Positions 18,981 through 28,627 of a stretch of 64,000 nucleotides of DNA are shown here, piece after piece. The DNA is from Spirochaetales bacterium. GTDB lineage: Bacteria > Spirochaetota > Spirochaetia > JABEVK01. A model generated the notes under the pieces. It was given only the letters and a program-made list of their open reading frames with translations. It ran no database searches and was not told the origin of the DNA. Made by a program: the position numbers and the translations under genes. Position 1 is the first letter of the stretch, and every line of letters starts with the position of its first letter. The stretch lies in assembly GCA_037142615.1 (NCBI GenBank), contig JBAXAI010000021.1, positions 1 through 64,000 of the forward strand, given 5' to 3'.

Positions 18981-20243
18981 ATGAACCCTCTCCAGACCAA
19001 CATGGAACGCCAGTTGCTGCTGGGGCTCCGTACCGCCGCTCAGGCCTTCGTGCTCATCTACCTCGCCTCGATCGTCTTGTGGGGCGTTCTTTGGGTACTT
19101 CCCGCGTCGCCCAAGGCCCATCTCACGGCGGCAACCGGCCGTTTTAACTACGCCGCGGGCGAGTTGTATATGCTTTTCGTCGGTTTGGCCGAAGCCGCAG
19201 TGGCGTGGTGGATCGGGCGGGCGTTGCGGGAACAGCGATCGCTGTCGAAGCACGTGAGCTATGTGCTGGCCTTTCTCGAGGCGTTCCAGCCGACGTTCTT
19301 CCTGTGGCTGTGGGGCCAGATTCTGCCGCCGGCCGAGGCTCTGGCGCAGTCGCCCATCTTCTTTTACTTTTTGCTGATCAGTGCTGGCGTGCTGCGGATG
19401 AACCCGGCCGCGTCGTTCTGGTCGGGTTTGGTCGCGGGGGGCAGTTACGTCGGCTTGGCGTGGTGGCTCTCGGCCAGCGCCGGTTCGGCCGATCCGTGGC
19501 TCGACGTCACCTCGCTGCACCTCACCAAGGGAGTCTACCTGGTGGTCTGTGGCAGCCTGATGGCACTGGTGGCGCGGCAGATGCGTTTGCGCCTGGTGGC
19601 CACCCTCGAGGCCGAGTCGCGCGAGCAACGCGCGCAGGAACTTTTGACGCTGGCCGTGCTCCGCGAGCGCGACGTGCTCGACCAGGACCGACGGGCGCAG
19701 AAGGCGCTGGGCCTTGCCGAGCCAGGTTCGCGGCTGGCCATACTCGACAGTCACGACGTGTTCCGCGAAAGCTTCCGGGGGCTGCTACGTCAAATCGGCT
19801 ACCAGGTGACCGGGGCTTGGCCCAGCGTCGAGGCTGCCTTGCCCGAGCTGGCGGTGGCCGCCCCCGAATTGGTCCTGGTCGACCAGGAGTTCGAAGAGGA
19901 TATTCCCCCCGGCCTGCGGCTCTTGGTTCTGGGAGCCCCCGAGCCCGGCTTGGCGCGGCTGGCCAAGTCGTCACCCACCGCGCACCTGGTGGCGTGCATC
20001 GAAGCCGCGCTCGCTGGCAAGCCCCTGCCCCAGGCCCCGCACCTGGCCCCCGTCGACCGCCTGAGCCCCCGCCAGCGCGAGATCCTCACCCTTGTGAGCC
20101 AGGGCCTCACCTACAAAGAGGTCGGAGTGAAGTTGCACCTCGCCGAGCGGACCATCAAGTTCCACATGGGCGAGGTCTTCGCCCTGCTGGGCGTGCGCAA
20201 CAAGGCCGAAGCCGTGCTGGCCGCCCGGGCCCAGGGGAAGTAG
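18981..20243 (+). CDS. Multi-TM membrane protein fused to REC and LuxR HTH
   Basis: ~6 TM helices; ILDSHDVFRES...LVLVD; LSPRQREILTLVSQGLTYKEVG...TIKFHM. Confidence 0.75.
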   Translation: MNPLQTNMERQLLLGLRTAAQAFVLIYLASIVLWGVLWVLPASPKAHLTAATGRFNYAAGELYMLFVGLAEAAVAWWIGRALREQRSLSKHVSYVLAFLEAFQPTFFLWLWGQILPPAEALAQSPIFFYFLLISAGVLRMNPAASFWSGLVAGGSYVGLAWWLSASAGSADPWLDVTSLHLTKGVYLVVCGSLMALVARQMRLRLVATLEAESREQRAQELLTLAVLRERDVLDQDRRAQKALGLAEPGSRLAILDSHDVFRESFRGLLRQIGYQVTGAWPSVEAALPELAVAAPELVLVDQEFEEDIPPGLRLLVLGAPEPGLARLAKSSPTAHLVACIEAALAGKPLPQAPHLAPVDRLSPRQREILTLVSQGLTYKEVGVKLHLAERTIKFHMGEVFALLGVRNKAEAVLAARAQGK

Positions 20244-20369
20244 AGGGCGTGTCGGCGCGACGCCGCTTCACGGCACCGCGACGCCGCCGTGGCTCCGGGG
20301 TTCCGTCCGGCCTGCGGCCGGGACTGTCAGGGGCGACGCCCCTGACACCCTGCGCCTGGCTCACGCGGA
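20244..20369. repeat. GC-rich multi-hairpin intergenic element between convergent genes (REP-like)
   Basis: TGTCAGGGGCG-A-CGCCCCTGACA at 20325-20347 and GTCCGGCC-TGC-GGCCGGGAC just upstream. Confidence 0.5.
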
Positions 20370-21235
20370 TTATTTGATCTGCCGAATCTCATTATTGTGG
20401 GTGTCCGCTATGTACAGCGTGTCGGTGCCGTCGAACACGATTCCATAAGGCTGGTAGAAGCTCGCGCCAGTTCCCGTTCCGTCCGCGTAGCCGGAACTCC
20501 ATCCAGCCAAGAAGTTCCGCACCACCGCCGGTGCTTTTGTGTACCTGACGATGATGTTGTTAGCGGCCATTGTCAGGTAGTAGTTGCCAGCGTCGTCTAG
20601 GACGACCGCAGCATCGCTGGACATTCCGGAAACCAAAGTGGTCACCACGCCTACCGTGGTCACTTGGCGCAACCTTCCATTGCTATTGTCGGCGACGAGA
20701 ACGTTCCCGCTGGCATCGAGAGCCAGGCCTTCGGGATAGTTGAAGATTGCTCCTGAACCCGTTCCATCCAAGAATCCCGCACCAAACATTCCTGCCAACG
20801 TGGTCACGTATCCACCGGTGATCTGCCGGATCATTCCGTTGGACGTGTCTGCGACGTAGACGGTCGTTCCGGCGCTGTTGTCGGCGATTCCCATCGGGTA
20901 ATTGAAAGTCGCACTGGTTGCGGCACCACTGTTACTGCCGCTGGTACCTGTCCCAGCCAACGTAGTAGCCGTGCCACCGTTTGAGCTGATTCGCCTGATG
21001 AGGTTGTTCCCAATGTCAGCGACGCACAAGTTGCCGTTGTAGGTCACGGTATACCCAAGCGGCTTTGCTGAAGTGGAAGCGACTGTACCTCGTTACCGGA
21101 TGGAGGAGTAAAGCCGCTCGCAGTCGACGATCACACGTTGTTGGAAGTCGCGCTGGCCACAGCGTTCCATGCCAGAGAAACTTGGCGCAATCCTTGCGTT
21201 GTCGTCGGGCTCAACACCGTCCGGGCGGACGGCAC
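20370..21235 (-). pseudogene. Decayed FN3 + NHL-repeat gene (NHL ORF 20370-21047 lacks its N-terminus)
   Basis: NHL repeats (FNYPMGIA, YVADTSN, FYQPYGI); upstream DNA reads VPSARTVLSPTTTQGLRQVSLAWNAVASATSNNV*SSTASGFTPPSGN in another frame. Confidence 0.7.
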
Positions 21236-21237
21236 TG

Positions 21238-23271
21238 TCAGTTGAACGCTCGGATGGGCCGAGCCCAATAGGAACCCGAAGGACCGTGTAGGCCCTCCGC
21301 GGGGCCCTGCACGTATCCAGAGGCGTCCATATACTCGGCCCAGACATTGTCCATCCCGGCGCCTGCATCTAGGTCCATCGAAGACGTCCAGTAGCCGTTG
21401 AAACTCGTCGGCATGGAAGGGAAGGTACCGAACCCATTGAGAATCAGATTGGTGTAAAGAAGGTGATTCTCGTCCTTGCTGGGCATATACCAGTCTGTCT
21501 TCCCGCCGAAAACGTAGTATTTGCAGTCACGCACAACGTACGTATCGTTGGTACCGTAGTACGCAACGATGGCGGCGGTGTTGGCCTTGCCGGCTCCGAT
21601 TTCCGTCCCTTGAGCTCCGGGCACGCTAGCCCACTGAACATGGGGAAAGTAGGCCTCATTATTCGACCCAACATTGACTTGTGCCGCTTCCAGATAGCGG
21701 TAAGCCACATTGTTGGCGAGGAAGGTGGCGCCGGAGCCGAGTGCCGCTACTGCATCATAGAACACAATTCCGCCTGCCGGGCCTGTATCACCAATTGCAT
21801 ACCTGACATCGACAGCGCACGTTGCTGTGAAGTTGCCGTCGTCGGTTGTAGCGGTGATGGTAGCGGCTCCAGAGCCGACCGGAGACACGACACCACCGGC
21901 AGAGACGGTGGCCACCGTGGGGTGGTTGGTTGACCAAGTGATCGCCTTGTTGGAAGCGTTCGACGGAGAGATAGTTGGGATCAGCTGGACAGGGTCGTTA
22001 ATCATCCTGAAAGACATAGCCGTCTGACCGGGGAGCGACACGGCGGTGACGGCGACGGGATCATTCACTGTGCAGGTTGCTGCATAACCTTGGTCGTTGC
22101 TCGTCGCCGTGATGGTGGCAGATCCCGCTTGGGGATGACTCACGATGGCAGTGAACTGGCCACTTTTGTTCGCCGAAGAGACGCTGGCGTTGGTGGTCGA
22201 CCAGACAATCGCAGGATCGGTCGCATCGACGGGCAGCACGGTCGCCGTCAAGGTGGTCGAACCTAAGGGATCGAGCCCGACGACAGCCTTGTCAAGCGAT
22301 ACCGAACTGACGTGCACACCAGGCGAACCAGTGCCCATCGCGCTCAGCGGGCTACTTGCAGAAGCGGTCTTGGCGATCACCCAAACGTAGTAGCTTGCGT
22401 AGTTGGTAAGCCCCAGGATGGTCCCGGGAGAACCGGTCAGGTTCGTCGGGCCGTTGGCTTGGGCCGGAGGGTTGGTCGTCAAGCTGTAATACAGGTCGTA
22501 CGAGGTCGCACCAGAGACGGGCGTCCACGACACCGAGAGTTTACCCGATCCTGCCGGGTAGCCGACGGCTGTCACCATGGGCGTGCCCGAAATCGAAGGA
22601 ACGTATTGAAACGAAACCTGGTTTCCGTAGGTTGTCCCAGCCTTGTTCGTCGCCCAGGCCCTTAGGTAGTACAGCGTACCGCTCACTAGTCCGCTGAGAT
22701 TGCTGGTGAACACCCCCGTTCCCGCCCCATCACTCGTCAAGCTTCCGCTGATGGTGGGGCTGGGCGAAGTTCCCCAACAGACGCCGCGACCGGTGACGGC
22801 GTTCCCGCCGTCAGAAACGACTTCACCGCCCGATGTCGCTGTCGTGGCGGCCAAGTTTGAGATGGCGCTGGTGGTCACGACAGCCAACCCGTCGCTGATG
22901 GTGATTTCGACTCGGGCGATGGTCGAAGTGACTTGTCCCGGTTTGGTCGCGATGGCCTCGAGCACATACGACCCGTTGGCGCTCCAAACGAGCGGTTCAA
23001 GGTAATCGGGACTCGAGCCCGAAACCGTCGTCCCGTCGTCCGTGTAATGGATGGAGGCCCCATCTGTCGAGCAGGTGATCGCGAACTTGGTTCCGGGAGC
23101 AAAGGAGCCCGCGCCGGGCGTAACAACCGGCGTCGCTACCGTCTCACTGGTTGTCGCCGCCGCCACGTCCTGCTTGAGCTCGGTCAGCATCCCGGTGTCT
23201 TCGCAGGCATTGAGCGCGAGCAAAGCCACCAAGACCGCCAGCGCGGCAGCCGCTTTTCGCACGGTCTTCAC
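21238..23271 (-). CDS. Surface lipoprotein: chitobiase/FN3-associated, FN3, two Big_2 Ig-like and DUF1566(Lcl)-like domains
   Basis: GTG start overlapping upstream TGA; lipobox LNAC; IHYTDDG; VLPVDATD/ISPSNASNKAITWS; YAIGDTGPAGGIVFYD, DWYMPSKDE, YWTSS, RPIRAF. Confidence 0.8.
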   Translation of the reverse strand: MKTVRKAAAALAVLVALLALNACEDTGMLTELKQDVAAATTSETVATPVVTPGAGSFAPGTKFAITCSTDGASIHYTDDGTTVSGSSPDYLEPLVWSANGSYVLEAIATKPGQVTSTIARVEITISDGLAVVTTSAISNLAATTATSGGEVVSDGGNAVTGRGVCWGTSPSPTISGSLTSDGAGTGVFTSNLSGLVSGTLYYLRAWATNKAGTTYGNQVSFQYVPSISGTPMVTAVGYPAGSGKLSVSWTPVSGATSYDLYYSLTTNPPAQANGPTNLTGSPGTILGLTNYASYYVWVIAKTASASSPLSAMGTGSPGVHVSSVSLDKAVVGLDPLGSTTLTATVLPVDATDPAIVWSTTNASVSSANKSGQFTAIVSHPQAGSATITATSNDQGYAATCTVNDPVAVTAVSLPGQTAMSFRMINDPVQLIPTISPSNASNKAITWSTNHPTVATVSAGGVVSPVGSGAATITATTDDGNFTATCAVDVRYAIGDTGPAGGIVFYDAVAALGSGATFLANNVAYRYLEAAQVNVGSNNEAYFPHVQWASVPGAQGTEIGAGKANTAAIVAYYGTNDTYVVRDCKYYVFGGKTDWYMPSKDENHLLYTNLILNGFGTFPSMPTSFNGYWTSSMDLDAGAGMDNVWAEYMDASGYVQGPAEGLHGPSGSYWARPIRAFN

Positions 23272-25376
23272 TGGCCGTCTCCCGAATCCCACAGCACTCT
23301 CAACCTGTCGTCGCCGACCGAAGCCGCCCGGCCGCCGGCCGAGCTGGCATCTCCCACGCGGGGAAACTGCGCCGCGAGATCGGGGTCGAGGGTCTGCAAC
23401 TGCTGGTACTGTAGCAAGGCCACCTTGTCGTTGCTCAGGGCCTGATTGGTCCGCGACAGCGCCAGCAGCAGCTTGGGGTTCACCGGGTCGAGCAGGCTGG
23501 CCTTTTGGTAACTCACCAGCGCCTTCGCGAGGTCGGACTGCACAAAGTACAGGTTGCCTAGGTTCTGCAGCGCGGGCAGGTAGTCGGGCTTGGCCTTCAG
23601 GGCAGCTTGGAACTGCGCCTCGGCGTCGGCCGACTTGCCATACTTGGCGTACAGGATTCCCAGCTTGTTGTTCGTGGTCCATTCCTGGGTCTTGTCGAGC
23701 GTCTTTTGCAGCTTGGCCACCTGATCGGCGATCGTCTGGTCGAGCCACTTGCTGGTTTCGGCCGTGTAGGCAGCAAGGATCTTGTCTTGCGGAGGCAGGG
23801 TCACGGGATTCGCGGTCCCGGTAAAGCCGACAGGCTGATAGGCCTTCCAAGCCTCTTGAACGGGCCAGAACTCGGCGGTCCGGTCCTTGGTTCCCCCGGC
23901 CCACTCGTCGGCGCCGAGTTGCCAAGCCTTCACAAAGCCCTGATTGCGGAGTGTCACCTCAATGGGGACCCAGGCGGTCCCTCCGTACTCGATGAAGGTG
24001 CCCGCTGGAATGAGTTCCTTGTCGGCCTGGGCAGGAGTCAGCTTGGTGTCGAACGCGATGAAAATGTGTCCCGGCACCGTCACGAAGGCCGCGTCGATGC
24101 CCACCGCCTGGAACAGCGCGGCGTAGAGGATGGAAAGGTCGCTGCAGTCGCCGGCACGGTATTGGAAGGTCTCGCGCGGGAACTGCAAAAAGTCGACCGT
24201 GGCCTTGTTGGTGTAGACTTGGTCGTAGGGGGTCACGGGGTTGCGGGTGTAGTTGACGCCCAGCTGGTCGAGCGCAGTATGCAGAGCAATAGCCGACACA
24301 AGGTTACCGTTCAGCAGGCGCTTCTCCTGGGCGCGTACCGAGCTCGTCACGCTGCGGGCAAAGTTGAGCACTTCGGGATCCTTGGAGGTGACAAAGGCAG
24401 CCGCCTTGCGGTTGTCGTCCCAAGTCATGGCGTTGCGGCCCAGCACGGTCATGGTCTGCACGGTGGCGTCGGTGAACTGTTGGCCGTTGGCACTGAAGCG
24501 CAAAGTGATCTCGGTCGCCACCTTGGTGCCCTCGGTGACATTGAGGACCTGGTCGGTGAACAGCGCGTACAGGTCCAGTGGCAGGTCGGCGCCCGGGGCC
24601 AGCGTTCCCTTGACCTCGAAGGTCTTGGGAGCGTCCATGAACTCCTTGATGAACACCTGGGTGCTGATGCCCGAAACCGGAACGTTGAGTCCGTTGTGCA
24701 GTGTCACCGTACCGATCGGGTGGTCGTCGTAGTGCTTGAAGAAGACCGGGTACGCCGGCAGCAGGTTGAACGATGGCACCGTGACCGCCCCGCCCAGGTT
24801 ACCCATGGCCAGACTGACGCCCAAATGAAGGCCTAGCCCCTGGTAGAGCGGCTCGACAACGCCCTTCACCAGCGCGACGTAGTAGTTGTACTGCACTCCG
24901 GCTTGCAGTTTGATCGAGGGGTCGAGCGCGAAGTCGAGGCCCGCCGTTCCGGCGAAGAAGGGGTTGGTGGCCGTGGCCTTGAAGTCATTGCGGGCCGCAA
25001 AGTACCAGCCCCCCGTTCCCGAGGCAAACACTCCCAGCGGACCAGCCAGAGGCAACTGCAGGCCTGCCTTGAGCCCCGTCGAGGCAAACGAAAGCGAACT
25101 GACCTTGTCGAGCACGGGAGCAAAGGAGTACTGCAGCCCGCCGCCCAGCTGCAGCGGCGTGCCAGGCAAACTGTACAGGAACCCAAGTTGACCGCCACCT
25201 CCGGTGCCGTAGAGCGCCGTGGCCGCCGTTGCCGAAAGCGGAATGCCCACATCAGGCGACACTTCCAGCGACAGTGGCGATGGCAAACGACCCGCCACAT
25301 GCGCGGGTGTTTGGGAAGAAAGCGTCACCAACGCCGCTAACCACAAGCAAGACCAAGCCAGGCGCACAACTTTCAT
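23268..25376 (-). CDS. Secreted protein: beta-barrel-like N-terminus, transglutaminase-like domain, TPR repeats
   Basis: Signal peptide; GDCSDLSILYAAL, VTVPGHIFIAFD, WVPIEVT; TPR NNKLGILYA, LQNLGNLYF. Confidence 0.75.
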   Translation of the reverse strand: MKVVRLAWSCLWLAALVTLSSQTPAHVAGRLPSPLSLEVSPDVGIPLSATAATALYGTGGGGQLGFLYSLPGTPLQLGGGLQYSFAPVLDKVSSLSFASTGLKAGLQLPLAGPLGVFASGTGGWYFAARNDFKATATNPFFAGTAGLDFALDPSIKLQAGVQYNYYVALVKGVVEPLYQGLGLHLGVSLAMGNLGGAVTVPSFNLLPAYPVFFKHYDDHPIGTVTLHNGLNVPVSGISTQVFIKEFMDAPKTFEVKGTLAPGADLPLDLYALFTDQVLNVTEGTKVATEITLRFSANGQQFTDATVQTMTVLGRNAMTWDDNRKAAAFVTSKDPEVLNFARSVTSSVRAQEKRLLNGNLVSAIALHTALDQLGVNYTRNPVTPYDQVYTNKATVDFLQFPRETFQYRAGDCSDLSILYAALFQAVGIDAAFVTVPGHIFIAFDTKLTPAQADKELIPAGTFIEYGGTAWVPIEVTLRNQGFVKAWQLGADEWAGGTKDRTAEFWPVQEAWKAYQPVGFTGTANPVTLPPQDKILAAYTAETSKWLDQTIADQVAKLQKTLDKTQEWTTNNKLGILYAKYGKSADAEAQFQAALKAKPDYLPALQNLGNLYFVQSDLAKALVSYQKASLLDPVNPKLLLALSRTNQALSNDKVALLQYQQLQTLDPDLAAQFPRVGDASSAGGRAASVGDDRLRVLWDSGDGQ

Positions 25377-25487
25377 GAGTTCCCCCACTTCGATTGTACC
25401 CCCAAACCCGCGAGAGTTAAGCTCTCTTCACTCCGGTCAAAAGGACAGAAAAAGGGCAACGTGGACGCGCGGTGCCCTCCGCCCGCT

Positions 25488-25814
25488 CTACGTGTGCGCG
25501 ATCCCCAGCAGGTTCAGCCCCGCCACGCCCGCGATGATGAGCGCCACACTCAGCCACTGGCCCCAGGTCAGTGTCTCGCGAAAAAGGACCAGCCCCACCA
25601 GGACAACCAAGGCCGTCCCTAGCCCCGACCACACCGCGTAGGCGGTGCCGATGCTGAGCGTCCGCAGCGAAAGCGTGAGCAGGCCCAGACTTGCGAGGTA
25701 GCCCAGCACGAGGGGAATGACCCACAAGGGCTTGGTGAAGCCTTCGGAGAGTTTCATCGACGTGGTGCCCGCCACCTCAAACACGATGGCGAGCGCTAGG
25801 TACGCAAATCCCAT
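25488..25814 (-). CDS. SMR/DMT-family small multidrug efflux transporter
   Basis: LALAIVFEVAGTTSMKLSEGF, IGTAYAVWSGLG; 4 TM. Confidence 0.92.
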   Translation of the reverse strand: MGFAYLALAIVFEVAGTTSMKLSEGFTKPLWVIPLVLGYLASLGLLTLSLRTLSIGTAYAVWSGLGTALVVLVGLVLFRETLTWGQWLSVALIIAGVAGLNLLGIAHT

Positions 25815-26200
25815 CACGACCTCCTCAGGAACCGAACCAGAAAGGGAAGAGGCCAGACAAGGAGAAACCCGTTGGCCAGCCACCACGCGGCGTCGAACTC
25901 ACCGCGAAAAGCCCAGAACGACAACGCATTGAGGCCCGAGCTCACGGTCAGAGCCAGCGACACCAGCACCAGGCGCGACGCCAACTCGGGCCTCCTCCGC
26001 GCGAGGGCAAAACCCGTCAGGCCGAAGGCCGAGACGGCGAGGTCCAGCGGCAAGAACGACCAGTTCCAACTCACCAGCAGAGGATTGGAGTAGTCCTGGT
26101 ACGCCCATTCGGGTGGAATCCAATGCAGGGCTGTGGCCATCCAGTAGACCACAAAGCCGACATCGGTGAAGAGCAGCAGCCCTTTGAGCGGTTTGGTCAT
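25814..26200 (-). CDS. YvaD/DUF5360-like membrane protein
   Basis: TDVGFVVYW, SWNWSFLPLD, SGLNALSFWA; sits between TetR and SMR genes. Confidence 0.75.
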   Translation of the reverse strand: MTKPLKGLLLFTDVGFVVYWMATALHWIPPEWAYQDYSNPLLVSWNWSFLPLDLAVSAFGLTGFALARRRPELASRLVLVSLALTVSSGLNALSFWAFRGEFDAAWWLANGFLLVWPLPFLVRFLRRS

Positions 26201-26721
26201 GATGCCTCCTTTGACTGGGGGACAGACCTCGCAAGAACGCGCAGGCAGTCGGCGTACGTCGCCCAACCAAGAGCCGGGAGGGTTCCAATTTGGGCATGGA
26301 ACCACAGACCGTCGAGCGCCAGTAGAAGCGGCAGCACCTCAGGTCCGTAGCCAGCGAGCCCCTGGCGGTACCAGCGGTCCAGAGCTTCGCGGAACGGGGC
26401 CAGCAACGAAGGGTCCTCGGCGACGGCCGACAGCACTCCCGACAGCGCCTCACCGGAGCCCACGTCGGCAAGCGTGGCCTCGACGTAAGCCGCAAGCCAG
26501 TCTGCGCCGCGGTCCACCACCGCTTGAACGGCCGCCTCGAAACCGTCGACGGCCTGACCTACCATAGCCGTGACCAAGGCCTTCTTATTGGGAAAGTGAT
26601 AGAGCAGACCGCCCTTGCTGACCCCGGTACTCGCAGCCACGGCCTCGAGCGTGAGTGCACGCGACCCAGACCTGGCGACGAGGGCCGACGCAGCCCTCAA
26701 CAAATTCTCTCGTGTTGCCAT
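26197..26721 (-). CDS. TetR/AcrR-family regulator
   Basis: LTLEAVAASTGVSKGGLLYHFPNK HTH; LALDGLW. Confidence 0.92.
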   Translation of the reverse strand: MATRENLLRAASALVARSGSRALTLEAVAASTGVSKGGLLYHFPNKKALVTAMVGQAVDGFEAAVQAVVDRGADWLAAYVEATLADVGSGEALSGVLSAVAEDPSLLAPFREALDRWYRQGLAGYGPEVLPLLLALDGLWFHAQIGTLPALGWATYADCLRVLARSVPQSKEAS

Positions 26722-26730
26722 ACGATTTAG

Positions 26731-26750
26731 TGTACCGTCTGGACGGTACA
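26731..26750. promoter_or_regulatory. Probable TetR operator
   Basis: TGTACCGTC-TG-GACGGTACA inverted repeat ~10 bp upstream of the tetR start. Confidence 0.75.
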
Positions 26751-26770
26751 TTGGTCAAGATTCGCAGGGC

Positions 26771-26800
26771 AAAAAAAGAGGCCGCCCCAAGGCAGCCTCT
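26771..26800 (-). terminator. Intrinsic terminator of the hydrogenase operon
   Basis: Minus strand GAGGCTGCC-TTGG-GGCGGCCTC followed by a T run. Confidence 0.75.
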
Positions 26801-26820
26801 CAGCTCAACGCGAAACTTGC

Positions 26821-28614
26821 TTACTTCACGTACAACGGCCGCGGCACGTAGTGCGTGTGCAGCAGGTGATGGCTCTTTTCGCTCAGCGGCTTGCCCAAGA
26901 AGTCCTTGTACAGGCTCTGCACCCAGGGGTTCTCGTGGCTGCAGCGGATCACCGCGTTCTTGTCGTCCTTGTAGATGCCCGCCGTCCGCTTGGCGCGTAC
27001 TTCGTCGGTGGAGCCGTAGGGTTGTCCGCCGCCCGAAATACAGCCGCCGCGGCACGCCATCACCTCGATGAAGTGGAACGGGATTTCCTTCCCCGCCGCC
27101 TTGGCTTCCTTCACCTGACGCATCACGTCGCGCACGTTGGCCATGCCGTGGGCCACCGCGAAGCGCACTTCGATTTCCTTGCCGGGAGCGCCGAGCCCAT
27201 CGGTGGGAATCTTCACGCTGGCGACCTTGACGCCTTCCATGCCTCGGGCCGCTTCGATGTCGAGCGAACCGAGGTTCTTGCCGCTGACCATGTGGTAGGC
27301 CGTGCGGAGCGCCGCTTCCATGACGCCACCGGTGGCACCGAAAATGGTGCCGGCGCCGGTATAGTCGCCGAGCGGATTGTCGACCTGTTCGTCGGGCAGG
27401 TTCTTGAAGTCGATACCGGCCTGCTTGATCATGCGGGCGAGCTCGCGGGTGGTCAGCGAGCAGTCCACGTCGGCCATGCCCGAGCTCTTCATGTCGTCAG
27501 AGCGCTGGATTTCGAACTTCTTCGCGGTGCACGGCATGATGGCCACGCTGATGATGTCTTTGGCGTCGATCTTGGCCTTTTCGGCGTAGTAGGTCTTGAT
27601 CAGCGAGCCCATCATCATCATCGGGCTCTTGGCCGTACTGAAGTGGGGAATCATTTCCGTGTGGTACTTTTCGAGGTAGTCGACCCAACTCGGGCAGCAA
27701 CTGGTAATCAGCGGCAGGGTACCGCCGGTGGTGAAACGCTGCAGGAACTCGCTGGCCTCTTCCATGATGGTCAGGTCGGCGCTGACGTTGGTGTCGAACA
27801 CCTTGGCAAAGCCCAGGCGACGCAACGCGGCGTAGATCTTGCCGGTGACGATAGTCCCGGGTTCCAGGCCGAACTCTTCACCGAGCGCGACACGGACGGC
27901 GGGAGCGATTTGCACCACGACGTGCTTGTCGGTTTGCCGCAAGAAGTTCCACACGCGGCGGGTTTCGTCGACTTCGGTGATGGCGCCCACGGGGCAATGC
28001 GCTGAGCACTGGCCGCATTTGATGCAGGGGCTTTCGGCCAGAGTGACGTCGCCGGCCGGGGCCATGCGGGTTTGGTCGCCGCGGTTGAGGAACTCGAGGG
28101 CCCACACGTCTTGCATCTCTTGGCACACGATGACGCAGCGCCCGCAACCGATGCACTTGCTCGGGTGCAGTTGCACCGAGGGCGTCGAAAGGTCGTCGGG
28201 CAAACGGCGGATGCCACTGGCGAAGGGCACGTCGCGGATGCCGAACTCGGCGCTGATCGTCTGCAGTTCGCAGTTGCCGTTGCGCGCGCAGGTGAGGCAT
28301 TCGTTCGGGTGGTTCGACAGGATCATTTCGAGCACGGTGCGGCGGGTCTCGACGATATCGGGGTCGTGGGTCAGGTAGTTCTGACCTTCAACCACCGTGG
28401 TGGTACAGGCGCGCACCATTTTGGGCGAACCTTCGACCTTGACCACGCAGATGCCGCACGCGCCCCAGGCCTTGAGGTCCGGGTGGGCGCACAGGCTCGG
28501 GATTTTCGTGCCGTGCATTTTGCCGGCCTTGAGAACGCTGATTCCTTCGGGAACCTCAACGCTCTTGCCGTTGATTTTGATGTTGACCATTTTGGCAGGT
28601 TTGGTGGGGATCAT
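26821..28614 (-). CDS. hydA: [FeFe]-hydrogenase catalytic subunit (HydA/HndD, group A)
   Basis: H-cluster motifs ITSCCPSW, MPCTAKKFE, EVMACRGGCISGGGQP; N-terminal 2Fe-2S and 4Fe-4S motifs. Confidence 0.95.
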   Translation of the reverse strand: MIPTKPAKMVNIKINGKSVEVPEGISVLKAGKMHGTKIPSLCAHPDLKAWGACGICVVKVEGSPKMVRACTTTVVEGQNYLTHDPDIVETRRTVLEMILSNHPNECLTCARNGNCELQTISAEFGIRDVPFASGIRRLPDDLSTPSVQLHPSKCIGCGRCVIVCQEMQDVWALEFLNRGDQTRMAPAGDVTLAESPCIKCGQCSAHCPVGAITEVDETRRVWNFLRQTDKHVVVQIAPAVRVALGEEFGLEPGTIVTGKIYAALRRLGFAKVFDTNVSADLTIMEEASEFLQRFTTGGTLPLITSCCPSWVDYLEKYHTEMIPHFSTAKSPMMMMGSLIKTYYAEKAKIDAKDIISVAIMPCTAKKFEIQRSDDMKSSGMADVDCSLTTRELARMIKQAGIDFKNLPDEQVDNPLGDYTGAGTIFGATGGVMEAALRTAYHMVSGKNLGSLDIEAARGMEGVKVASVKIPTDGLGAPGKEIEVRFAVAHGMANVRDVMRQVKEAKAAGKEIPFHFIEVMACRGGCISGGGQPYGSTDEVRAKRTAGIYKDDKNAVIRCSHENPWVQSLYKDFLGKPLSEKSHHLLHTHYVPRPLYVK

Positions 28615-28627
28615 TTCCGGTACTCCT

